64,000 bases of DNA from a virus. Lineage: Duplodnaviria; Caudoviricetes. This document shows, in pieces, positions 49,008 to 59,800 of the stretch. The stretch is from the IMG/VR virus record IMGVR_UViG_3300028920_000023; one strand, 5' to 3'. The notes beneath the pieces are model-generated. The model was not told where the DNA came from. It made no database searches and saw only the letters and a list, made by a program, of their open reading frames with translations. A program made the translations under genes and the position numbers. How positions within the stretch are numbered: the first letter of the stretch is position 1; each line of letters begins with the position of its first letter.

Positions 49008-52004
49008 TTAGTCCTTCAGAGGACGAGCTAACTTAGCAGCCTTAGTGCCATCATAATCTTTATCAGAGAAAGTAGGTTTCGGATTCATCTGCTTACCATC
49101 ACCATCCTTGCGAGCAGCATCCGCACTGTCATGTCCAGAATCCTGGGGCTTACCAATATCATTGTCCTCAGAAACCGAACATTCATCTTCCTCACCCTCA
49201 CCATCTTCCTCACCATCTTCCTCACTCATAGAGCACTCATCAGTCTGAGCAGACCCGTCATCCTCATCTTCCGACTCGCCACTCTTCTTAAACTTATGCT
49301 TCTCTAAAGCCGGAGGAAGCTTACCCTCGCCAAACTCCTCAGGAGAGGACAACTCATTCTCCTCATCCTCCTCTTCCTCATCCTCCAACTCCTCTTCCTC
49401 ACCCTCCAATTCCTCTTCCTCACCCTCCAACTCATCCTCCTCACCTTCAATATAATCTTCCTGATCATCAAGGAACTCTTCCTTATCCTCAAGATCATCC
49501 TGCTCCTGATCAATTAACTCATCCTCATCGCCCATCTCGCCCTCCATATCCCCCATCTCGCCCTCCATATCCCCCATATCATCAATATCCGGAGGAAGAC
49601 CACCATCCTCAGCACTATTCAAAGCCTGAACAATCTCATCAATATCCTTATCCGTAACAATCGTCACAGCCTTCATCTCTTCCGAGACAGTCCTGCCACG
49701 ACGAGAAACGGACTCCTCCGTGGCATTCAAAGTAGCACGACCCTTAACAGGCATCGCCATCCGGCGTCTCCGAGTACCATCCTTGTACTGATCCTCGGAA
49801 GCCTCACCACCACCAGAACCAGCAGACTTGCCATCACTGCTAGTCATAGAAGCCGCAGCAATACTCTTACCATCCTGACCATCCATACCATCAGACTTGC
49901 CACCAAAACTGCGACCATCACTATCCTGCGTACCACAACCAGTCACACAATCCTGAGGGCCAATCTTCTCGATATCGACCTTCTTACCACCATCCCCACG
50001 ACCATCGCTCTTGGTCAAAGAACGCTGAGCAACACCCTTACCACCCTGGACATCCATCTCATGCCCAGCTCCGGCAATATTCTCAGCAATACCAAGAGAC
50101 TCCTCTACCTGAGTATAGATGTCAGCGCCACAAGCCGGGCAAACCGCACCATCCTCAGTAAGAGCCTCAGCTGGGTCGATATCCCCCTCACTACACTCCG
50201 GGCACACAATATTCTCACCAAGACCAGTCTTCTTCGGCGTATCGCCAGAATGACCAGCATCCTTCTTCACGTTCATCTCCGGCTCGCCCTGGCAACCCAT
50301 CGCATCACCCTTGGAGGGCTCTTTCTTGCCCTTCTGACCACCTTCCTTCGTCTGGGTAACCTTATTGGGCCAAGTAGAATGGTCTTCGCCAAAGCCATAC
50401 GAACCGATCTTGACATCTGGGCTATCATAAGCGTACTGATCCTCGCTCATGACCTTGCCTTCTCTCTCAGCGGACTCTAGAGAAAACTCTTCCTCTTCTT
50501 CCTCTTCTTCCCCAGGCTCCGCAAGAACACCAGCCAGATCCTCATCACCAAGATCTTCTTCCTCGCCCTCTAAGCCTTCATCACCAAACGGCAAATCAGC
50601 CCCAGGAGAACCACCAAGACCAAGGTCCTCATCACCGGCCTCATCACCCAGGTCCATATCACCGAACTCATCAGGCTCAGCATCTGGCTCAGGAATAGCA
50701 TCGAAATCGGACAACGTCATCGCATCATCCAGAAGATTCTCGCTAACAGACGCAACAAGCTCCTCAGCCTCCATGAGCGTCGCATCATCAATCTCATTAC
50801 CCTGCTCTTCCATACGCATGATCAGGTCTTCAAGAGATTCAGTTAATTCCTCATCTCCACCGCCAGAAATAACATCACGCATATCCTTGAGGGCAGTCAG
50901 GTAGATCTTAGCCTTTGCAGTGCGTGTATCGACATCTTCGTTAAAGACCATCCCCAGGAATATGCCATAATCGCTGGCGAAATTCTTGCTCTCACCAAGA
51001 AGCTTGACATTCTTAACCAACGGAGGATATTCTGCCTTACGAGCCGTAAGCTTCCAATCTTCCAGAATTGTATCGTGGTTGGCTACAGCATTCGTGCGAT
51101 ACATCAAAGTGCCCAAATCGTCGGCCAAACAATGGTTCATACAACCCTGTGCAGCCAACGCATTACCTACGAGGTCCTGTGTTTCCTGGAGAGTAAGGAG
51201 ACAAAATTCCTGGGATTCTACAAGGAAGGGCGTCAAATTCTTGATAGCGTTCTTCACACCTTCTCGACCCTCGGACACCAACGACGCACAATGCTTAATC
51301 CTCTTCTGGAAACCATCTGACTTATAAGCCTCTAGAGCAACCTTCTTCATCTTCCTAGCAATAATTCTGCGACGTGTAAACTCATTAACAGGAAGCTTAA
51401 TAGTAGAATTATTAAAAGTTCCCTCAACGATACGCCCTCGGGAAACCTTAACACTACCTTCTAAAACATCACAAATCTTTTTAATGATTTCAGGTTTTTT
51501 GTGTTCGTCAATGACATTAGTACGCATAGGAACAAAACGGTTAATACCATCTCTGGTAGTGATAATACCATGCTCAGGAATCACGCCTCGCTGGAAGCGA
51601 GCCATTGCGATCTTCTTGAAGTGGTTATCAGCTTTTTCGATATCGTCTTGCTTGATGGATTCGATGAGTCCGAGCAGGCTCTCTACGTAGTGCTTTTCTT
51701 TTTCTTCAGACTCGACCACTCTGACTTCTCTGATGCTCTCTATCTGCACCTGTGAGCGGCTTTTTTTGTTGATACTGGCGGTGTAGTACTTGCCTGTCGA
51801 TTGCTCCTGGAATATTAAGTTTTTGGGCTCAAGGGATACGAGCTCCCAGTTTTCGTTGACTTTTTTACCCATTTCTCGGATTCTTTCCGAGAATACGGCT
51901 ACCTGACTTTGTGCGCCTGCGTTTAAACGCCGCAGAAACTTCCTAGCATCCATCTCGACTACGGATACTGGTGTCTGTTTCTGATTAGCGATTTTCTTCG
52001 ACAT
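49008..52004 (-). CDS. large acidic prohead core-like protein
   Basis: Lies between portal and protease; D/E-rich low-complexity C-terminal half; Zn ribbon CPEC/CPAC; 21-bp internal repeats. Confidence 0.7.
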   Translation of the reverse strand: MSKKIANQKQTPVSVVEMDARKFLRRLNAGAQSQVAVFSERIREMGKKVNENWELVSLEPKNLIFQEQSTGKYYTASINKKSRSQVQIESIREVRVVESEEKEKHYVESLLGLIESIKQDDIEKADNHFKKIAMARFQRGVIPEHGIITTRDGINRFVPMRTNVIDEHKKPEIIKKICDVLEGSVKVSRGRIVEGTFNNSTIKLPVNEFTRRRIIARKMKKVALEAYKSDGFQKRIKHCASLVSEGREGVKNAIKNLTPFLVESQEFCLLTLQETQDLVGNALAAQGCMNHCLADDLGTLMYRTNAVANHDTILEDWKLTARKAEYPPLVKNVKLLGESKNFASDYGIFLGMVFNEDVDTRTAKAKIYLTALKDMRDVISGGGDEELTESLEDLIMRMEEQGNEIDDATLMEAEELVASVSENLLDDAMTLSDFDAIPEPDAEPDEFGDMDLGDEAGDEDLGLGGSPGADLPFGDEGLEGEEEDLGDEDLAGVLAEPGEEEEEEEEFSLESAEREGKVMSEDQYAYDSPDVKIGSYGFGEDHSTWPNKVTQTKEGGQKGKKEPSKGDAMGCQGEPEMNVKKDAGHSGDTPKKTGLGENIVCPECSEGDIDPAEALTEDGAVCPACGADIYTQVEESLGIAENIAGAGHEMDVQGGKGVAQRSLTKSDGRGDGGKKVDIEKIGPQDCVTGCGTQDSDGRSFGGKSDGMDGQDGKSIAAASMTSSDGKSAGSGGGEASEDQYKDGTRRRRMAMPVKGRATLNATEESVSRRGRTVSEEMKAVTIVTDKDIDEIVQALNSAEDGGLPPDIDDMGDMEGEMGDMEGEMGDEDELIDQEQDDLEDKEEFLDDQEDYIEGEEDELEGEEEELEGEEEELEDEEEEDEENELSSPEEFGEGKLPPALEKHKFKKSGESEDEDDGSAQTDECSMSEEDGEEDGEGEEDECSVSEDNDIGKPQDSGHDSADAARKDGDGKQMNPKPTFSDKDYDGTKAAKLARPLKD

Positions 52005-52100
52005 CGCAAAATCCCCTGAGTTAAATGGTTATGTAATCCCTGGAAAATACCAGAATTTTCAGAGTAAATTTGATTTTAAAGTAGGCTTGAAATAGTGAGA

Positions 52101-55100
52101 TCACTCTGTGGCATAATCAGAGGTGTATTCCTCGACACCCTCGGCAATGGTCCTAGTCACCGGTTGAGACATAACAAAGGAATCATCCATTCTCTTAAGA
52201 GCAAGCAAATAATCTTCCTTAGCCTCCTCGATGACCTTGGTATCAACACTAACAGGACCAATAGACCCCTTCTCAATACCATCAAATTCATTCTTATTAA
52301 GGAAGGACTCAACAGACAAACCATAATCCTTTTCCGAATTCGTCTGTTCCTGTATCTTCTGAGCCTCATAGATAGACTTCATAGTCTCATTTAGAAGCTC
52401 CTTCTCATCCTCATCGAGATCCTCTTCCTTGATATCCGGCTCCTTCAAAGCATTATCGCTGTTAGCCTTCAGAGATAATATTTCATCAGGAGTAAGATCT
52501 GTAAATCTCTCAATAATCCATTCTGGAGGAAACCACCCAAGGTCCTTCAAATTACCCATAATATTAGACCTGGTATTCCACGTCTCGATACGATACAGCT
52601 CATCTATAGCTGAGGCAGCCGTCATATACAGGTCAAACTCACGCATATCGCTCACATCATGATTGCGAAGAGCTAGATGCACTAGACAAATCTTCTTAAG
52701 ACCCAAAACCACTTCACGTTGAATCCACTGAACACTCTTAGCGAACTCAGGAGAAACAGAAGACAAAGACTTGCCATCAGATTCGGAAGGATCGCCAATA
52801 CCAACACGGCTAAATGGAATCTTCAAACCAGAAACCATCTTCTTCTTGAAATATTCGATATCAGCAATCTTATCCAAATTCTCAGCACCAGGCAGCGTGT
52901 CTATGGACGGCCCGGTCCCATCGGGACGCTTTGGCATCCAGAAATCATCTTCCTGTATTAACGGATTCCAACGTTCATTAATCTCCCCAGTACCAGGATC
53001 TACAAACCTATGCTTCTTCATCTGTCTAGCAAGAAGCTGGATATATTGGGGTACTTGGTGCGGAGGGATCTGGCCAATTGGAATATTAAAAATTCTCTTT
53101 TCAGGAGCGCGGGTCTGATGCGTATAAATTCCGTTATAAATGACATTATGAACGTCATTCTCGACTGTTACATCATAAACCAGATCTTCTCCGATTTCTT
53201 CTACTCCGAGAATTCGTTCGTGTTCTGGTAGTTCTTCTTTTGTAAAATAAAGGACCCACGACTCTGTATCTGGCATTGTTCTATTGGTTTTCTTATCTAT
53301 AATATGTCCACCATCTCGTTTACGATGTGATATTAGGCCAGCAGACCAACCCATTCTATCAATAAGTTCTTTGAAGTCTTCGACAAGTTTTTCATTACAA
53401 CATTCTATTGTATGCCCCTCAGTTATGCCACCTTTGAAATATCTGCTATTTCCATCCGCGTCTAAATAACCATCAATAAATGCAATTTGTATTTTACGTG
53501 GTGATCTGTAGACCCAAGATGGTATTCTCTTGTTTTCCGCTCCTTGTATGAAGCCATTAATCAACATAAAATCGACAAGATGTTTGGAATAGACGTAATA
53601 AGATCCTAGTCTATAATCTTCATCCTGACCAAATGATACTTCCGTAACTATTTTCTCGAACAATTGTTTATATTGTTCGTTTATTTCACGGTCATCACCT
53701 AGGGCAAAACCAACCTGTTTAATTCGTCCCCTGGTGCTTACGTAACCGTCCCCTATCATGAAACCAAACCATTTTGCAAAATCCTCATCAGCAACTAATG
53801 GAACATTATATTGCCGACAAATTCGCTGAGGAAAATTATAACACCAACCTTTCATATATTCGAGATTTTGTTTAATATTAATTTCTTGTAAAATAGATTC
53901 GGCTAAATCCTTCTCAATATAGGCATGCTCGCTTAAAAAAGCTTTTATTGTGGTATTCGAGTCCTTCCCTATAGAACAATTTACAGGTTCACTTAGTCTA
54001 GCATAAATCGGAACATCCGGGTGTTCTAATTTTATTAATTCTTCGTTTTCTATTCGTGGCAATAAGAACCTATGACAATAATGCTTAGCACAAGTATTTT
54101 CTAGAGTTTTTAAATCTTGTGTATCAACATATTCTAATTTATCATGATAAAGTACACCATCTTTCTTATATGGCGATACAACAAGAATAGGATGAGTCGC
54201 ATTCGTGAATATCTCGCGATGTCGTGAAAATACACGATAAATTTTATGTCTTCCATTACAAACACAGTTAATGATTTTTGTTGGTTTTTGCTCTATATCC
54301 CGATCTAAACAAAAAGCTGTATCGCCGACCTCAATATCTCTAACATGCTTATAACCATCTGGTGTAGAAACCCTTGTATCTCCACGAACACATACCCTGT
54401 AGATGAGGGCTGCATCTTCCATAAGGCGCAACCTCTTATAATCTTTCCGACCTCCATCAAGAATAGAATTATGAACTACAGCACCATTTGCTACGAAATT
54501 ATGATAATTGGATTCGACTCCGATATCAAACACTTGCTTATTATCTCTTTTTTCTATTCTGCTGATACCCTCTACAACAATATTGTCCTTCTCTGGGACT
54601 ATTATCATATCCCCATGAGACAATTCATTTACTTGCTTATAGACAAGATTATTCCCTTGGTAAGTCATAACAGGATGATTGGATGTAAGATCTAGTCTCC
54701 TGCACGATGTGTGGATGCTATAGGTCTGCTTATACCCATTATCCACAAGATCTATAACTCTTGTAGGTACATTGTGCATACCATCAAAACTATAGACAAT
54801 CTCCCCACTACGAATTTCCTCAATCCTCTTTTGCCCATTAGGTGTGTCAACCAGAGTGCCCTCAATACAACACTTACCATACGGTTCATAAATATTCTCC
54901 AAACTGGTCAGACGCATATGCAGCACTTGCCAAGGGTACAAGAATTCAGGCTCGCCGGCAACAGCGTTTTGATAATAAAAACCGACTAAATCATCATATT
55001 TAGTATGAATTCTAGTAAAATTATAAATGTTCATGAAACGATACCCAGAAACACCATTACGGTGTTTCGTAGGCACAATCTCTGCAGCAAAATCACCAAA

Positions 55101-55502
55101 CTTGCACAAATATCTGATAATAGGACGAATTTCCCTATCAATCATCAGAGTATTATACAGAAAATCTTCAATTACCTTCTTGACTTTCTTGTTCTTTGCC
55201 TTAACCAACACACTGTGCTTGCGTTCTGGGTCAACAAGACTAGACTCATCTGCATAAATATCCAAAGCTAGAGAAATTTCCCCAGTCTGGTCCATCATAT
55301 CATAATCTTTGTAGCGCTCTAACCTGTTAATCTGTAGGTTGGTCTGTTCCAACAAAGCAGACTGCCTACCTACATTTAATAATTGACCACCCTGAGTGAC
55401 CCTCTCAACATCATCTTGGTCGGAATATAGGTTGTCCACCCGATATAGGTTGGCTTGCTTGAAGTAAGCACGTATCCGATCCCAAAGCTGAAAACTAGGC
55501 AT
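52101..55502 (-). CDS. portal protein, T4 gp20-like, with two inteins
   Basis: LMEDAALIYR(V)TRAPEKRIF, EDDFWMP, IDTLPGAENL..IADIEYF, LKIPFS. Confidence 0.95.
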   Translation of the reverse strand: MPSFQLWDRIRAYFKQANLYRVDNLYSDQDDVERVTQGGQLLNVGRQSALLEQTNLQINRLERYKDYDMMDQTGEISLALDIYADESSLVDPERKHSVLVKAKNKKVKKVIEDFLYNTLMIDREIRPIIRYLCKFGDFAAEIVPTKHRNGVSGYRFMNIYNFTRIHTKYDDLVGFYYQNAVAGEPEFLYPWQVLHMRLTSLENIYEPYGKCCIEGTLVDTPNGQKRIEEIRSGEIVYSFDGMHNVPTRVIDLVDNGYKQTYSIHTSCRRLDLTSNHPVMTYQGNNLVYKQVNELSHGDMIIVPEKDNIVVEGISRIEKRDNKQVFDIGVESNYHNFVANGAVVHNSILDGGRKDYKRLRLMEDAALIYRVCVRGDTRVSTPDGYKHVRDIEVGDTAFCLDRDIEQKPTKIINCVCNGRHKIYRVFSRHREIFTNATHPILVVSPYKKDGVLYHDKLEYVDTQDLKTLENTCAKHYCHRFLLPRIENEELIKLEHPDVPIYARLSEPVNCSIGKDSNTTIKAFLSEHAYIEKDLAESILQEINIKQNLEYMKGWCYNFPQRICRQYNVPLVADEDFAKWFGFMIGDGYVSTRGRIKQVGFALGDDREINEQYKQLFEKIVTEVSFGQDEDYRLGSYYVYSKHLVDFMLINGFIQGAENKRIPSWVYRSPRKIQIAFIDGYLDADGNSRYFKGGITEGHTIECCNEKLVEDFKELIDRMGWSAGLISHRKRDGGHIIDKKTNRTMPDTESWVLYFTKEELPEHERILGVEEIGEDLVYDVTVENDVHNVIYNGIYTHQTRAPEKRIFNIPIGQIPPHQVPQYIQLLARQMKKHRFVDPGTGEINERWNPLIQEDDFWMPKRPDGTGPSIDTLPGAENLDKIADIEYFKKKMVSGLKIPFSRVGIGDPSESDGKSLSSVSPEFAKSVQWIQREVVLGLKKICLVHLALRNHDVSDMREFDLYMTAASAIDELYRIETWNTRSNIMGNLKDLGWFPPEWIIERFTDLTPDEILSLKANSDNALKEPDIKEEDLDEDEKELLNETMKSIYEAQKIQEQTNSEKDYGLSVESFLNKNEFDGIEKGSIGPVSVDTKVIEEAKEDYLLALKRMDDSFVMSQPVTRTIAEGVEEYTSDYATE
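53115..54392 (-). mobile_element. intein, 426 aa, LAGLIDADG; C-terminal His-Gln with Thr+1
   Basis: YRV|CVRGDT...FMIGDG...YLDADG...IYTHQ|TRAPE. Confidence 0.9.
54468..54872 (-). mobile_element. mini-intein, 135 aa, no endonuclease
   Basis: YGK|CCIEGT...FVANGAVVHN|SILD. Confidence 0.9.
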
Positions 55503-55530
55503 AAGTATCCACCTCTTATTTTATGTATTT

Positions 55531-56826
55531 TTATTTCAATTTAAGGTGAAACTTGGACAAAGGAGGCGTTTTGTACTTTCTATAACCATAAGTACTCACA
55601 AATTCGGACTCAACCATATGAGCAGAACGAGCCTGATTATACAACGTCTTCTTATGCAACTTCCAACCATCCTCATTAACATAGAAATATGAAGGGGCAG
55701 TATAACCATCAAAAACCCAATTCGAGGCCCTATAGATCGTACCAGCATGTCCAGCAGAAGGATCTGAAAAACTAAACAAATAACGAATATTAGAAGGAAC
55801 CAACTTGACACACCTACTTAGAAAATAAGAAGCAAGATTCTTATTCCTAACAAAAGGAACAATAACAAACCTACTCAACTCCATAGCTTCATCCTTCCTG
55901 CAATACGATACATAAACCTCCCTACGGATAGGATGAGAAAAAACAGCACCACAAACCAACTTATCCCCAATATAACCACCAACATAAAAGCCCCTTCTGC
56001 CAAGAGAACCCATATAATGATAATTGCACATCAAATATTGCATTTCATCTTCATTAGCAATTTTAATACTTAAATCTTTAAGATCAATTTTCTCTGACTC
56101 TTTATAAAAACCAACCCACCTCTTCAACAAAGCTTGCATCTTATTAAAATCAAATAACTGATGCTCCCAGACCGTCTTTAACTCATAACCATCGAGCGTA
56201 GAAACATACGAACTCTTAGCCTCATCTTTCCTGGCAACATCGGGTCTGCGGTGCACCCAGTGGCTATTGACTTCTAACAGCAAATCTGTCTCGTCACGAT
56301 GAATAAGGAAATCGAAAGTATATGGACCCAAAACAACTTGATGCTTATACTCAATATTCAGAGAATCAAGAATCTCCTGCATCCTTTTCTCGGTATTTGG
56401 AGTACTAGTGAGTTGCTTCACTAAGGATACAGCGTGAGCTTTTCTATAATTTTCATCCATCCAAGCCTTTTTAGCAGCCTCGGAACACTTCCTCCTGGAC
56501 TCCACATCCCGTACTGACTCAGAGTGTTTACTGCGGTATTTCTCGTCTTTCCATAATTCTTGGGACGATTTCTTTCTCTTATCGACATAATCTTTCTTTT
56601 CCCATATTTTCTTTTGTATCGTGGAGTGTTTCTTTTTTATGTCTGGTTTATTACAGGCACATTTATAACATAACCAGTCAATATTATTGTTTCTTATGCG
56701 TGATTTAACTCTGATGGTTAGGTCTCTGGTCGCATTACAATTATCACATTTGGCTACTATTTTAGGACGTTTTTGGGACAGGTCTACGTTGCCGAATTTT
56801 TGTTTGGTGAGATTCCAGTCGATCAT
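55531..56826 (-). CDS. Zn ribbon plus DUF559/Vsr-like nuclease plus Mom-like acetyltransferase
   Basis: TEKRMQEIL..YTFDFL..LLEVNSHWVH; then NYHYMG, ELSRF, NLASYFLS, SFSDPSAGHAGTIYRASNW. Confidence 0.8.
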   Translation of the reverse strand: MIDWNLTKQKFGNVDLSQKRPKIVAKCDNCNATRDLTIRVKSRIRNNNIDWLCYKCACNKPDIKKKHSTIQKKIWEKKDYVDKRKKSSQELWKDEKYRSKHSESVRDVESRRKCSEAAKKAWMDENYRKAHAVSLVKQLTSTPNTEKRMQEILDSLNIEYKHQVVLGPYTFDFLIHRDETDLLLEVNSHWVHRRPDVARKDEAKSSYVSTLDGYELKTVWEHQLFDFNKMQALLKRWVGFYKESEKIDLKDLSIKIANEDEMQYLMCNYHYMGSLGRRGFYVGGYIGDKLVCGAVFSHPIRREVYVSYCRKDEAMELSRFVIVPFVRNKNLASYFLSRCVKLVPSNIRYLFSFSDPSAGHAGTIYRASNWVFDGYTAPSYFYVNEDGWKLHKKTLYNQARSAHMVESEFVSTYGYRKYKTPPLSKFHLKLK

Positions 56827-59800
56827 CTCATTATGGGTCCGCCGTTATCTAATCGTATGGTTTTGATTTTCTGTGTTATCATGAATCTAGGATCGACCAA
56901 TTTAGAATTAGCTGGCAATCCTCCGAGGGTCATAATATATTCGTTGAATTCTTGTTCTGGGGTCTTATGTTCTGATAGTTCTGGGCATAAAATAACAGGA
57001 GCTAGAGCGTGTATTCCACCAGAATCGTTCAGTTGGCCTATTTGCCGTGCTGCGTCAGGTGGGTCTATTACGTCGTTGTTTAGGCTGGGCACATTGTGCA
57101 CAGGTATTAGTGAGGCGTGATCCGATATCACAGCCTCCGGAAGTCCAACCAGGGACATCCCCAGAGCCATTACGATATCACTGTGATTTCCTGGACCTGG
57201 AACGTGTCCAATTTTATTTCCACCTAGGTGTATAAAGATGTGCAACTGGTCTACGAGTTCTGCGCTGTATACTCTAACTCCATCCTCTACTCCGATGTTG
57301 TCTAATATTGCTTTTACTAGCGTTGGTTTGTGTGCAGGTGAAGTTGGAAAACCGACTTTGGCTGTTCTTTGTCCTTTGGCGGTCTTCATGTGGTAGACGT
57401 TGGAATATCCGAAGTTATTGTAGAATTGCTGGCATACGGGTATCCCGAGTCCTGTTCTTTCTGGGACCACAAAGGCATTGTTGAAGTATCTGGCCAAATA
57501 ATCCATCATACACATTAGGAAATACGGCTGAACTTGCATGTTCAATTCTGCTACTTGTTCACAGTCATTACAGTCGATTACTACTATTGCTGATAGGTCG
57601 TTATCTTCTCCGCTGGAGATATCGACGCCCATACTGTAGGTGTGGCCTGGTGCGCCTGGCCGTATTATTTTGCCTTGTTCTATGAGGTCTGGCTGCGGTT
57701 TGATTGGACGCTTCCAGATTTTGAGTTTACCATCGAAGTCCAGTTCTAGTTCTTCGCTTGTGGTTGGGTGTATATAGGGGACTTTTCCTACTACGAAGTA
57801 TTTCCGTCCCCCGTTGTTATCCAGGTCATCTACTAGGTATAACAGTTGATTTCTTGATAATACTGTGTTTCCGGTTCCTATGAATTCTGCTAGGATTTCT
57901 TGTCTAAAGAGGTGTGCTTCTCCTCTTTGCTGTAGTTGTCTGTATTGTTCTTCTAGCCAGGGTGAGTAGTATGGTCCCCATTTTTCTTTTTCTTCTTTTG
58001 TTCTGCATTTCCGGATTCCGTCTGTGGGGCATATTCTTCTTTTTTGACCTGTTTTTTGATCCTCGAATTCTATGGACCAGTCCATGTCCCACCAATTGAC
58101 TATGATGGGGTTAAAGTCGTTTCTTTTCTTTTCAGCGTCACTCCATGTTACTTCATACCAATTCCCTACTCCGTTACATGTACTAATAACTATCACAGAT
58201 CCACCATGTTGCAGTGTATTATGACTTATAAAACCGTTTGCTATGTAGGTATTGTTTTCGGGCACGCTAAGATCTAGAGTTTTTGCTTTACTTTCTCTTA
58301 TAGACTTAACTTTCATAGGCACTAGGCCATTACTTAGTATTCTACCTAGAGCAGTATCTTTGTTATCATCACAGAGCAGGTCTATTGCTCTGTTATATGG
58401 TATTCTATTATTCCTTTGATAGTATCTGGTTATAGATTTTTTATTTGATTTTCTACAAAATTCTTCAACTGCTTTATGTCGTATTGATAATCCGTGTTCC
58501 TGTTTAGGCGCATCTAGTATTACGTTCTTTCTATCTGATATGAATCCTATTTCGTTTATAAATCTTATATAATTTCTACGATCTATTGTTGATAATCTGT
58601 ATGATTTCTTGCTGTTGGTAAATCCTCCTCTTCCTTCAGATGTTCTAGTTATAATGCCCAATGAGAACAGAGATGATCTCACTTGGTCTATAAGAACCTT
58701 CGATACAGACGAACAAGTAATTCTTTTATTTGATGACGAGCCATCGGCTTCAAAATAACCTCTCAAAAATGCACATATGATTTCTGGGCCACTTGACAAA
58801 ATCGCCTTTGGGATTCTAGCGTGATATACATCTTCCTTAATCAATCCATGCCTAAACATCCAGTCTACAAATGGGGCATTATAGACTTTGATATCAACCG
58901 TATGACACGCATATTCGGTTTTTGGATTTAGTCCGATATTCTTTAGTTTAATTATTAATTTTTCATGTAGCTGTTTGTCTGTAGGACAGCAATGCGGTTT
59001 TATTCTTTTCGGTCTAGAGACGGAGGAACTTCCGTCTCCGATATAATAACCTATAATCTCAGCAAGATCAACGGTCATTATATCTGGCAATTTTTGTGGC
59101 TTATGATGTACACAAGATGGACAAATATATTTTTCTTTCTTCGATTTCCGTAAAGTTATAACCTTGAGAACAAATTTTTTGTAGCACTTATGACATATTA
59201 CCTCAGTATGATCTCTGTTCTTAAGGTTCCCAAGATTAATTAGGTCACATTCCGGCTCTACAAAAACATGTGGCTTTCCTCTACACGTATTTGGCAATAA
59301 GCAAACATAATCATCCTGTTTTAATTCTCTTAATTCTTTCCAGACATATTCTCCTTGTTCGTTAAATATTCTAAGTTTATGGTGTGGTGTTGCTTCAAAT
59401 TCATAACCCAATTCGGTCTCAATATGTAAAGTATTGGTATATCCACTATTGAAGATAGCAGAACATTGCTTATCTCCAGAGTCCGTAGGGAGATCGATAT
59501 CTAGATTCCCAAATTCCCCAATTCCAGTATTGTCATTAAGCATCTCCTTTATCTCTATCAAACCATCGTTTGTAGAGATAATTGAATCGTCAGAAACACA
59601 AGGCCAGCCTGCTGCCCACATCTCATCCATGTGCGGCATAAATCCAGCTTCATCAATAATATTCAAAGATGAAGAATTAGATCTCAGTGTTTCTTTAGAG
59701 GATGTCAGACTACTGATCTGTGATCCATTCGGAAACACGATCTCATGTTCATTGTATGTGGGTGGTGGATCGCCGTAGATCTGATGGAATTCTTTAGGCA

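Noticed and set aside
49380-49590. 21-bp repeats as a separate DNA element
   Set aside because: They are in-frame low-complexity coding repeats within the acidic protein.
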